Positions 1-11,463 of a DNA stretch of 56,412 nt are shown in pieces. Below the pieces are notes generated by a model. The model made no database searches. It was not told the DNA's origin and was given only the letters and a program-made list of their open reading frames with translations. Position numbers and translations under genes: made by a program. Every line of letters starts with the position of its first letter. The first letter of the stretch is position 1. This stretch comes from Dicyema japonicum (taxonomy: Eukaryota > Animalia > Dicyemida): positions 1 to 56,412 of the forward strand of contig RDEW01000124.1 in NCBI GenBank assembly GCA_011109175.1, read 5' to 3'.

Positions 1-59
1 CGACATATAGAATTCTAATAAGTTTCGTCAATGTGAATACATTGCACAATTGCATGCCA

Positions 60-465
60 ATTTACTCTGGATATTAAAATAACCATAGATATAGTGTATA
101 AACAGGTTTTCCGACATCAGGTAATTTGCATAATGGCGGCTACCGAATGGGTGTTGGTACTGAAAATCCCAATTGTCAGAATAACTATCATGAGGCACTC
201 CAACTCACTATTCTTATTATTACCACCAGGATCACTGAGTCAAAAAGAAAAAAATAAAAAATTCTCAACTAATTAAGTGATCCCAGACAGACAAGGGAGC
301 AAAATTTCTGAATGATTGTATATATTTCGATAGTGTATGGAATAAGATCATCTCGGTAAACTAGCCACCTTTAAGAGTTTCCGTTGTAATTCGATTAAGA
401 AATTTTCAATTGGCTGGATTTTGTGTTGTGGTCAATTATTCTTATTGCGGTCTCCTCGATTGCGG
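60..465 (-). mobile_element. Degraded LINE (jockey/I-like) remnant; dispersed repeat
   Basis: About 225-465 is the reverse complement of 19560-19860 and 32760-33060 (e.g. attatccgcaatcgagga...ttccatacactatcgaaatat). Weak GVP/YADD-like remnants near 60-220. Confidence 0.5.
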
Positions 466-575
466 ATAGAACTCACTAAAATACAAAAATTAAAATTTTA
501 TAACAACAAATTTCAGTAAACACTCACAAACTTGCCATTTTTGCGGCAAATTTTGGAATTGGCAACTTTCAGAAT

Positions 576-925
576 TTAATTAATAATTTTAAAATAGTTA
601 CTAAATTTGATTTTATTACGAAAAAAAATTAATTTTAAAAATGAAGTATTAATTTTTAGCGAAATAAAATTCAATTCCCATTTGCTTCTTTTTTGTATTT
701 CTGATATTTGCAATAAATCTTCGAATAGATGAAATAGAGACGACGTCCTCTTCGATTTCAACGTTCTAAGAAGATCCTTTTCAATTTCCCTTAACTTGGA
801 TGCTATTTCATTCTTTTTTAGGGGTTTTTTAGTAGTTTCTTTATGCATAATTATTTCATTATCATTAAGTAATGATGTTATTTCTTCTTCATCTATTGCA
901 TTTTTTCAGAAGAATTTATAGACAT
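576..925 (-). CDS. Possible orphan coiled-coil-like coding remnant
   Basis: ATG at 925 joins the 576-848 ORF if one A is added to an A6 run, giving MSINSSEKNAIDEEEITSLLNDNEIIMHKETTKKPLKKNEIASKLREIEKDLL... No homology recognised. Confidence 0.25.
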
Positions 926-1760
926 TAATTCTTAGATTTCAATCAGATCGTGAATATCCGTATTAGATAATCCGAATGTCGAAATTCGCTGCGAGATGTC
1001 TTTACAAATAAGACTGCACGTACTGAATGGATGCCGACCCCGCTCGGTGCTGTCATCTGGCTGAATTCAGTAATCGTTCTTATCATATTCTTAAAAAAGA
1101 GGTGTTCTGGGATATCGAACATTGTCGTTTAACATTTTGAATGATATAAATTGCTTAACTGCAACCCTCCAATCTGGCGAACTCAACTAGTAGGTGGATG
1201 TAAGGTCTGAGTCCTAAATTATAGTCAAGAAAACAAGCAGAGTGAGGGAAAAACCCCATGGTATGTTCGAAACGACGAAACGACAGTAGGAAGCCAAAGG
1301 TAGAATTAATATGTAGGACAAGGTTTAGTGATCGAAAACGCTGAAATTAAAAAAAACAATACTAAAGAGAAATATGAGACTCCAAAAAAAACAACCAACC
1401 ACAACAAAATAATAACTTAATATCCTTGCGGGATGTACCAACAAATCATAGATTCTAACAATAACACATTATTTGTTGGAAATAGTAATGAATGAATATC
1501 GCCGTTATTTTCGGAACAAAGGGATTTCAGAATTAACAATTCAAAATACAGAATAAGGAAAAAGAGTCACGTATAGCTCCTAACGATACTTCGACTAAAA
1601 TCAAACAACTTCAAAAAAATCGGTAAAAATAGAAGTGGAAAATGACATAGAATATATAAAAGTAGAACTAAAATGTTAAATCATCAGTCTTTTTAATAAA
1701 AAAATAAAAGAATAACATAATTATTGATGACCTACTCGGACAAACAGTAAGCAAAGATAC

Positions 1761-2140
1761 ATTGTGCACACGAGGACCATTCAATTTTTGGACCATCAGC
1801 CATTACCTTCCAAAACTGTTATCCGTTAGTGACCAGTCTCGTCATGACCTCTATCTCACTTCTTATAAAAACTAAGGCCTGTGAGAATCTCGAAAATCGT
1901 TGTGTCAATATCTAGTATTGTGCACACGTGGTGTCACGTGGTCAAGTCAAGTTTTGGGCCATCATCCAGTACCTCCCAAACCTGTTATCCGGGGAAACCA
2001 ATCTAGTCATGACCTCTACTTCACTACTTTCAAATACTGTGATCTGAGAGATTCCAATAATCGTTGAGTTGTTTGCCACAATTGTCCTCACTTGCTGTCA
2101 CGTGGTCCATTCATAATGTCGGACGATATCCAGGGATCCC
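1761..2140. repeat. Degenerate ~160-165 bp tandem repeat, about 2.4 copies
   Basis: Units start at 1761, 1917 and 2081 (attgtgcacacg.../attgtcctcac...). The anchor gtcatgacctcta lies at 1841 and 2006; ctgttatccg is also shared; several CACGTG motifs. Confidence 0.75.
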
Positions 2141-2179
2141 TGAATTTGTAAGTAAAACCGATGGAAGAAAGACAAATCC

Positions 2180-3200
2180 ACTGAAGGCAGTTTGAAGAGG
2201 TCATGTCTGAGTGCTACATTAGTAAGCATTTTTGGAAGGATGAGATTTTCATGAAGTTGGGGAACTCATTTACACATTGTGGCGTTTCCACAGTCCTTCA
2301 TTCTCCAATTTCAAGCAGGCGTAATATTCACGTAAATTATCCTTTTTTGCCTATTTCAGAGTACCTACAAATTCTAATGCAGTCGCACTCTATACTTCAC
2401 AATCCAACTTGAACTTTTGTCTTCAGAGTCTTAAAACTATCCACAATCTGATTGAATATCTCCCATGACTTAATAAACACTTAAAACATTCGTTTTACTG
2501 AGTTTCCGAACAATTGTGGATGAATTGAGTGCCCTTAATATAATCCGAATGTCATACTGTCATCATTGTAGATATAGTGCAGACATTTTTATAATGTCTC
2601 CCACAATAATTCTTGATATGGCTTAAATGCTGATTATATCTACCAGTCTTTGTAGTTTCTCTAGAAATTGTTAATCCAACACTATAGAACACGGTGAGAG
2701 AGATTTCTGAGATATTGAGAGGAATGCGTTTAAGCGTAAAAAATCTTTATTATTCATGTTTATAAAGTTCGTGCAGTAGTTAATAAACCGAAACACCAAA
2801 TTCAGGAAATTCCGTGAAAATCGACCTCTTCTTTGAGTGGACTTGATGAAGTTGCTAATAATTTGACTATTTCTCTTTATTTTATTCAAGGTTTCAGTAG
2901 TTCCAAATCCTCGAGGATACTTCCCCTGGATTTTGTTAAATTCTAATTCAAATCAATCTCTGCCAGAATTAAAGAATCTTCGCGGTGGATAAACTCCAAA
3001 GACATACAATTCCCCGATTCTACCAATTCTCCCAATTCAAATGCAACATTAGGTTTTTCATGTTTATAGTAAGTTCCAGAAGCTAAGAGATAAATAAATC
3101 AGTCACGTGGTTTGCAAGACCTGTCTTGGAAGTATAAAAATTAATAATCGACATGAAATCCTTCATACCAGGTTGGACTTTCAAATCGAAACTTCTTGAT
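2180..3200 (-). pseudogene. Axonemal dynein heavy chain fragment (DHC_N2 region, DNAH1-like), with many stops and frameshifts
   Basis: Frame pieces in the expected order: SAFKPYQELLWETL (cf. EFQPYLDLWTTA), LKLENEGLWKRH (cf. LRNPGMRxRHW), SFQKCLLM (cf. TFARCLEM). Candidate 28-nt GT-AG intron at 3125-3152. Confidence 0.55.
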
Positions 3201-3289
3201 CACCACAATTCCATAAAATACAGTTTATTATTTTTTTTAAATTTGTTAAAATTATGCCAATAAATAAAACAATTTATATCATGTTATGG

Positions 3290-3800
3290 ACGCAAGTAGG
3301 AAGAAAACTGAAAACAGCGAGGATCTGGTTGATCTGAGGGCGGATGCGAGAAACATGGGAGTATGGAAATGACTCACAGCGCATGTCCAGAGATGCATGG
3401 AAAAAGTGGAATCTCAAATTAGTTAACTTTTCTGGTTCCACGGACATTGCCATTAATAATAACAATAATATGGAGGCAAGTAACCAGTGTCCGCCAAAAA
3501 GTGGAAGCACGCACTTTGTAGGATAGTGTCGTTATCCTGGGAACGTTCGAATATTAGGGAGAGCACATAGTTTGAGTGTATGAATGTCTTCTGTCCACGT
3601 GAACGCTCATAACGGCTGTCTTTCAAACAAGCCACTGACAGAAATCCACTACTTTTCTCTGGTGGTCGCATTTTAATGACATGTCCACCCCAATGTCGTC
3701 GAATGTGTAACAATCCCTCGTGCTGGGAGCACGCCTGCTAGCAGAAGACCGCCTGTTTGACATGCTTGTTCTGAAGATCTCATTTTGTCCAATAGTTTAT
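3290..3800. mobile_element. Two short RTE LINE remnants (3' end on +, about 3290-3430; internal piece on -, about 3500-3800)
   Basis: DLVDLRADARNMGVWK resembles the RTE C-terminus; minus-strand LHIRRHWGGHVIKM resembles the RWRLFGHILR region. Confidence 0.5.
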
Positions 3801-4966
3801 CCACCCAGTTCAATCGTCCGGTGGAGACTGTAAATCGAGAATTATTAGAAACCATAGATTTTTATTTCCCGCTGTATATTGATATAAAATCGGTTCAAAT
3901 TTATCAGCTTTCAACACTGCCAACGTTTTGCAAAATCGTTCTTTTTTGTAAAGAATTCAAATATTTGTTGTTTTATAAACTCTATTTTTGGATAAATATT
4001 CTTAAACCAAGAATTCGAACTCTCTGATGGATCAACAAAGTAAGGGATCATAACAGCCTTGAACTGAATAGATATTCAACCTGAGATGCCATAAGCAGTT
4101 CTCATCTCGCACCATGTTATTCAAATATAAAAGAGAAAGTTAGTCTAAATATGCTAATATAATTAATAATATAATTATTTATTTTATTATTTCTTATTTT
4201 CTCGAAAGTAAAATAATTATTTATTATTGTCTCGAAAAAAATAGCTTATTAAACTGCAACATTACCATCTACACAACGGGGAAGGTTTTTTCTTGTATCT
4301 CGAGTATTCGTCTAGATATAGTTTGATGTTCAGCTTGAGGAAATGGTCAGGATTTCGTACAACTAAGAAACCTTCGGTCAAATTAATAATTAGCGATTCC
4401 TTCGGTTTTTCCTGAACATAAGAATCCACAATGTTTATTTTGAATCCAAATTTTAATTTGTAAGACGTTCTCTAAAAGAGTTTCATCGTCATCCTAGTCA
4501 CGTTAAGTACTTGGTCATGCCAACAAATTCATTTTTGCATATGACTCCTAGTAGATATGCTACGAACGGTCTGAGGTAATTATTAATTACTGAGTCTAAT
4601 GGGTGGTCCAAATTATTTTCTAATACGTAGATTTAGTAAAGGGCCAAAACGCATTCTTGATGATTCTATCCAAATTTTCCTTTTAAAGTAGTTTCAGTAA
4701 AGACCTAGATCAAAGATTCATACATTTGGGCTGAAAATGGTGTCTAAAATAGTTTGTTGTCTGAAATATAATAGCCATTATTATAAAGATCCAAACTACT
4801 ACGACATTGCATCCATGTTTCTCTTATTCAGAGAATTTATCTTAGGTTTCTGAATTTGTCATTTCATCCAAAAGGCTGTAGGAGGGAAGACATAAGAGTA
4901 CCAAATGAGGTTATGCCCATAATTAATTTAGCGTTAGACTCCTCCTCACTCTACTAGAGATTACGA

Positions 4967-5340
4967 TTATTCATGGCTGTCTGAGTCCTTAGTTGTTTTC
5001 CATGTCCGAGTTATCACCACGTTCCCAAGTTTTAGAGCAGTATCGGTAGGACGAAAGCGTACTTTAATATCAGCAGCGTCGAAGAGTCTCTTCAGTGCAA
5101 TTATTGACAATATCTTTCTTGGTTGAACATCCTCCAGGTCACCAAGCAAAGATACGATTTTTTTTGCTCTCTGCATATCTCATCGGTAAGTTTGCTTTTT
5201 TGTTTTAAACTCGGTTTTTGTTGGTTCATTTACAAGAATCGCTCTCCAAATAATTTAGGAGCATGATTAAGAGCAATATTGAAATTTTTGATGTCGTCGG
5301 AGACAAAATCTACGTTATCCGTCGTAAGTACGATTTCTTC
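4967..5340 (-). mobile_element. RTE LINE RT remnant
   Basis: KKIVSLLGDLEDVQPRK matches the LGSLLGDxEDxxRRK motif of the other RTE copies; degenerate xDDVDFVS near 5310-5330. Confidence 0.65.
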
Positions 5341-5692
5341 ATGTATTTTTTAAACATACGTGCAATTGAGAAACGTCATTACTTCAGCCAGAGAAGTTAT
5401 AGAAATGACCCATAAAAAAAACATAAATTACTTAAATTAAACTTAAATTTTCAACAAGTAAACCACCGTCATTTCCAGAATGAAAAAAATTCAGGTGATC
5501 TCGTCTTCCTATATCAATCTTCGACATGCTCGGACTTGAAAGAAGTGCCCTCCAGGAGGAACTCTTATGGTTGTTCACTGATAAAGACGTCACTCGTGAA
5601 GCCAAATCTTCGTATGTGCGTGGAACTTTAACCGAAATGTATAGCAGCGGGATTTTAACTAGGGACCATCATCTTTAAACGGATATTAACAA

Positions 5693-6170
5693 ATGAAAAT
5701 AGAAGTTACAAGCACAGTCAGAACCCAGAAAGTAGCATTCACAGCCGCATTAAGAGAATATGATTGAACGATGAGGGAAATGCTCTCATTGAATAGACTC
5801 AAGCACGTAAAGTAACTATTTTTAAATAACTCAGGCATGAAGGATCATTGTCGACACAATCAAAAGTGAGAAAATTAGTGGTCGAGCAGTGCTCTTGGCT
5901 TATCCCCCTAGAACTGGTAAATCCGCTATCGCAATAGCATTAGCTCTGAAGCTCGGCAAAAGTCCTATTTTGTACTATATTGGGGAATGAAGTTTACTCT
6001 CTAGGAATTAAAGAAAACTGAGGTGCTGATAGAAAATTTGTAAAGGTCGACAGGATTGAGGATCAAGGAGTTGAGGGAAAGTATATCCGGATAAAACGAG
6101 AAAATGCTTTGTGGAAATTCGAAGATAATAAGCTACATGGTGATCACTTTGATGACGACGAAGGGTATGC
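5693..6170 (+). pseudogene. RUVBL1: RuvB-like 1 (Pontin) 5' fragment, unprocessed pseudogene
   Basis: MKIEVTSTVRTQKVA.HSRIK..LNDE; QARK | 23-nt intron 5812-5834 | A*RIIVDTIKSEKISGRAVLLAYPPRTGKSAIAIALA (decayed Walker A); FCTILGNEVYSLGIK.TEVLIENF; GLRIKE; SYMVITLMTTKG. Stops and frameshifts throughout. Confidence 0.9.
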
Positions 6171-6304
6171 TTATGTTACAGGTAAGTGCTCCCATGAAAT
6201 AAAGAGTGCAGTTCCTTACAGTAAAGCAGAAAACCTAGCCCATTGTTTATAGTCACAATCTTTTATTTATTTATTTATTTAACAGCCAAAACCACGGAAA
6301 AACC

Positions 6305-6560
6305 AAAACTAACTATCACGTGATCCCGATGCGCACAGCCAAAATCCTCATTCTTTCCCGGTGCTTTTCCCTCGTACCCACACAAGCTCGTACAGGGCGG
6401 CTGACTGTATTTGCAGGGCCACCTTCCCGCATGCCGGAGTTTTGTTTAATGAGGGCCTCCAGAGTAGTCGATCCGGTTTTGTGTCTCCCACAAGACCACC
6501 GTTCCGTCATTCTGAAGAATAGCAATGAATGCAAAATCCTTACAAAAAATTAAAATTATT
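6305..6560 (-). mobile_element. RTE LINE 3' end with TAGTT-type tail
   Basis: Same terminal motif (cacgtgat..tagttagtt) as 17285-17480 and 30480-30690; decayed RTE C-terminal ORF. Confidence 0.5.
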
Positions 6561-6647
6561 ATTTATAAATTAATAATTATTATCGAAAATAAATTAGCGA
6601 GAGTTTATTTAATTTATTGTCTATTGTTGTCTTTTCATTAGCGAAAT

Positions 6648-7152
6648 GAAACCCATACTACTATATAACGCTGGTACCTGGGCCTGCTCAAGAAATGAAC
6701 TGAAGAGGCTTAATGCGTTTCATAGAGACCAACTACGGCATATGATGTTTGAAAGAAGTGATACGAGGATGTCATCTAATCTTCTCTATAAGAGGACGAA
6801 GACCTCAGAAATTTCTAATGAGATTCTGGATACACGATGGAGGCTTTTCGGCCATATTCTGCGACTGGACCTAGATGCCCCCGCGAACGTAGCCATGGAG
6901 GATTACTTCATGTTGGAGGCCCCCCGTTTCCGTGGTCGCCCAAGGACGACACTGGCAGTCGTTCTCGACGAGGACCTTAAAGAAATGGGACGGCATCTTG
7001 CAAGTGGAGAGGATCTGGACTGGTTGCGCGCTGCGGCTATGAATAGGAGGAAGTGGATGAAACTAACCAGTGATTTGCTAACTCGTGTTGCACATGCTTT
7101 GTCAAGTCCTATGACATAGCGATAAGTGCTTATAATAATAATAATAATAATA
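6648..7152 (+). mobile_element. 5'-truncated RTE LINE with (ATA)n tail and 8-bp TSD
   Basis: ORF PILLYNAGTW...RWRLFGHILRL...RGRPRTTL; (ATA)n tail at about 7133-7152; AGCGAAAT at 6640-6647 and at 7153-7160. Confidence 0.9.
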
Positions 7153-8229
7153 AGCGAAATTTATATGACAACTTTAATATATATGGACATAAATTTTTTG
7201 GATTTATCCCCATAGATCTCATAAAAGAATGTAAATTCGATTTCTTACTCTAATAGTGGTTCAAATAACGATAGAAGAACTCGATAACCAGAAAAATAAC
7301 TTACTCCCCCTTAGAAAAGAGGTACTTAATCAAAGTAACCGAATAAGAACATTTCCGAGAAGGACTGGACTGACTTTATCGAGAATGCCTACAACAAATC
7401 TATTGAACGACTTCATTTTTTATCATTTGTACAATTCTGTCTAACCCAAGAACTCAATTACGTCAATTTTACGATCCCCAACCACGTGGCCCTCCCGTGT
7501 GATAAAGAAGGCGACATATATACTACAGAATGCCACCCTTCTGACAATGAAGTAAATGAGTTGGTGGAAATAGCCTCTCAGGTTGTTTTTGTGGTCACCT
7601 AGAATTCGCTTGAACTCAGTGATAATAATGAGTATATATGGAGCTTGAAAATTGTATTGAGAAACTGGAGTTTTTGTTGAATGACGTTTAGTTTCTTGGT
7701 GTTTTTTGTTAGATTTGCTTTCAAATGTAAATTCGGTGATTTTTAGTCCATTAGTTAAGTTTGTTACCGATTTCCCTGACAACCATTGAACATTCAACGG
7801 AGACAAAGATTTTGAGTTGTCTTAAAGGACACGATTAGATGGACTATCAGAGTTTGTTGCAACAGAAACAGTAAAGGACGATACACTGCTGTTTATTTTT
7901 CAGGTTGCAACTCTATGGCATGAAAGTGCACTCGTGCAGCACTCGAGACAATCTTCCGAACTAACTCTTTCTAATTTCCTCGATCGTAAGACAGTTTCCT
8001 CAACTCGTCCAAATTGTCTCCACTTCTTGGACTTTTTTTATAAGTTTTAGATCTGTGTTTCTGGAAGTGTAATATGTCGTGACGCGGAAACTCGGTTCTT
8101 TACGATTGTCTGACGATATATAATTCCGATTGTTTCATTTATATTTACTGGGGTATTCTGACTAAGAGCTCGTGTGACATTTATCTTCTGCAGTCTTTTG
8201 GCGAAAACTTTTTAGGCATGGAAGGTAAA

Positions 8230-9120
8230 ATTAAGCTGCCTGTCGTAAGTCATTTTTAGGATTGAGAGTTTTCCTTTGACAGGTATTCGAGTATGTCCGA
8301 TGAAGATTTATGGTCCTTCTTTGCACCTACGGTCGGAGGTGAATGGAGTGCATGATGTGTTGCAATTACCTCTTTTTGCTATTCAGCAATCAGTTGTATC
8401 TTGCCATTTTTGTCTTCGATTATTATTCGTTTTTTTCCGGTTTGTGTGCCGTAGTATGTGAGCGGCCATATACAATTGTGAATTATCTCTTAGTTTGGAT
8501 ACTTCATTGATTTTGCAAAGCAGGTCTGCTTGGTGGAGTGTCTTGTTCAAAATCCTGATTTTTTACGGATTTGGTCCTGCCCCTGAAGGGCTTTTCTCTT
8601 GTTATAGTCTTTTTTCGTTTAGATTTTTGTATGTATTTCTATTAACTCTTTTGCTAGTTCTGTATGTATCGTCCAATCCTTACTGTCCATCTCCCACGTG
8701 CCGAGGTACTGGCTTGCAGCTTCGTTTATTATATTATTTGTGCGATCCCACGAACCTCCTACTGTTAGGTCCTTTAGATGAGAGCAGATATATTTTTGGT
8801 AATTTATGACTGTATCTGGATGAGACATCAGTTATTCCGTTGCGTATCCATTTCTTGTATTCTCATTATTATTGTTTGTGTTACAATAACCATTCTGTGA
8901 TCGCTGACAGTTGTTGAACTTTCGAATGAGCGTGCGTTTATAAGAGAGCGTTTGTCGTTAATATTGGTTGTATATAGGGACTAGCTTTCTGGGTTTCTTC
9001 GTTCGCCCATCCAAGTGGTTATGTGGCATGCAAGACGAGAGAATGCAGTATTGCAAAAGAACAATTTGTTGCCGTGCAGAAATGACCAAGCTCCCTGATA
9101 GGTCATAATGGAGACTGTTT
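8230..9120 (-). mobile_element. RTE LINE endonuclease/linker remnant
   Basis: INARSFESSTTVSDHRMVIV (APE endonuclease SDH motif) followed by a decayed linker region. Confidence 0.6.
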
Positions 9121-10393
9121 AAACAGTCGTAATTGAATGAGACAGAGCAGATCACTTCAATGCCACCTAAGATGTTGATAAAATTGACAAAAAGGCAAAA
9201 AATGTCAAACGGCAGTTTCCTCGGTCCATTTCTACATGAATTGGTTTCAACTATAATATATCTAAGATATATTCTAAAGTATGAGCCTAATCATTATCAG
9301 ACAGAAAACCTGACGATGTCAATTTTATTAATTTGTTTTTTCTTTACTGGAGTCAAATTTTGAATATAAAATACAGATAAGACAGAATTCCTTCCCCTCT
9401 ATTTACTTTTCAGACAGTATTGAATCTGAACAACTCCCATGAGGAATCTAGCGAACCCAACACCAAGGCTGATAGAAATATGACAAAAATCAACATAGAT
9501 TTAATGTTCATTAGTAGAATCATGAGTTACCCGAACTCATCAAGTTTACGAGATAAAAGATTCTCCCTGCAGTATGGTCCCATGAATTTTTAATTGTCGG
9601 CATTTTAGCAAATCATAACTTCAATTAGTAAAATTAATTATTATATTGAGCGAGTTCAATAACCAGGTATTTTACCTTGCAAAATACAATCTCGAAACAA
9701 TCAGTCCCACGAGATCCTAGGCGATATTAATGATCTTCGTCGTCATGAACTGAATATCAGCTAAATTTGTTGGAGAGTGTTTTTAACACGTGTAACGCAC
9801 CAAACCATGTTTCCACCATTATCGAATGGGAATATTGCTATCCCTTCGGGGCGTTACCATCCAAAGAAGAAACTAGTAGTGACCAGCATAGAAAGTGCAT
9901 TTTTAATGTCAAGTTGTGACATCATGTATGGGAACAGCCATAAATCAGCTTAAAAGATGATAACCATCGATCCAACGTCCTCGAGGATATTTTCATTTAA
10001 CACAAAATTAAGGTTAAGACAGAGCGAGGCAGCTATTCTCACTGCCTTGTCTTCAGAAGGTTGCTAATTTTATCACATAGATAAACATTCAAACAAGCAT
10101 TTGTTGAATAATTTCTAGTCATCTTGAAGCAGACCTTCTAGCATCATATTGCTCTCAAGAAACTCTCTCTTTTTCAAAAACACATCGTAATGAGATTTCA
10201 GATTAATTCGGTCATTTAGATCATTAAGGAAATATCCTCCTTAACGTCCACAGATCATAAACCATGGCATTTACATTTGGTTGCAAATAAGATAAGGATA
10301 CTAATCGCATATATAGTCATCAAATATAGTTAAAATTACTTTAACGGTTGACCTAATTTTACTGTCAAGGAGAAATATGACCTATTTTTACTT

Positions 10394-10581
10394 TCAAATA
10401 GAAAAGAACTTAAGATGTTAAAAATCTTTTGGTCCTGATAGATCAATCTGTAGCAAAAATCGCACAGAAAAATATTTTTGTCATCAATCAAATAGAAAAG
10501 AACTTAAGATGTTAAAAATCTTTTGGTCCTGATAGATCAATCTGTAGCAAAAATCGCACAGAAAAATATTTTTGTCATCAA
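10394..10581. repeat. Perfect 94-bp tandem duplication
   Basis: 10394-10487 equals 10488-10581. Confidence 0.9.
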
Positions 10582-10859
10582 GCGATCACTTTTAATATTT
10601 CACATAAAACCAATTCGAGAGTGCGGATGATGATAATTCGTTACTTAGAACCATATCATCTATTTGATTCTAAAAAAGGCAAAAGATTCTCCTATCATAC
10701 TCAGGCTAACTACTTCATACTGGTTTGTGTTAACTTCACGTATAATCCTCCAAAATTAGACCAAGTAAATTACATTGCAGCACTCTTGTCTGAAAAAATA
10801 ATTTCAATTACCCTGCAGTACTCTTGTCTGAAAAAGAATTAGATATCATCATAGTTCAA

Positions 10860-10990
10860 AACCAAAATCCAGGTCATCCACATATTTTATTTCCTAGATA
10901 GAAGTAGGACAATTTTTAGCTCTTAGATTACGAAGAGCAACTTCCAGATAGACAACAAGAGGATTGGTTATTGTGAGTCACCTTCTGAAC
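10860..10990 (-). mobile_element. Short RT remnant (YVDDLDF); family also at about 15605-15700, 28850-28940 and 49620-49750
   Basis: Reverse complements read YVDDLDF and RIIYADDLDF; shared +strand motif aaaatccaggtcatcc(a/g)cata. Confidence 0.55.
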
Positions 10991-11236
10991 TGTCAATGTG
11001 TGTAGCCTCTTTTCAGATTCACTTAAATTTTGATTTCGCGCAAATTGACCTGTAATTAAACATTATTCAAAAAGCTATTAAACTTTTGACACAATTTCTA
11101 AACATTTTGATAGAGCTATTAAACATTGTGGCAAAGTTATTAGACATTTTTGACAATTTTATTAAATTTTATGGTAAAATTATTAAACAAATCGGAAAAC
11201 CATGTTAATTGTGTAAATGTAATTAAATTATTTTTT

Positions 11237-11430
11237 AATTTTATTTATTTAATCCAACACTTTATTTAATAAAATTAAAATTAATTATGACGACTGTTAA
11301 TCATGTAATAATTTTAATTTCTTGTGGTTACTAAATTTTATTTATTTAATCCAACACTTTATTTAATAAAATTAAAATTAATTATGACGACTGTTAATCA
11401 TGTAATAATTTTAATTTCTTGTGGTTACTA
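11237..11430. repeat. 97-bp tandem duplication private to U0
   Basis: 11237-11333 equals 11334-11430; single copy in U1 and U2. Confidence 0.9.
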
Positions 11431-11463
11431 GTATATTCATCATTTCGGTATTTAATTTTATAG

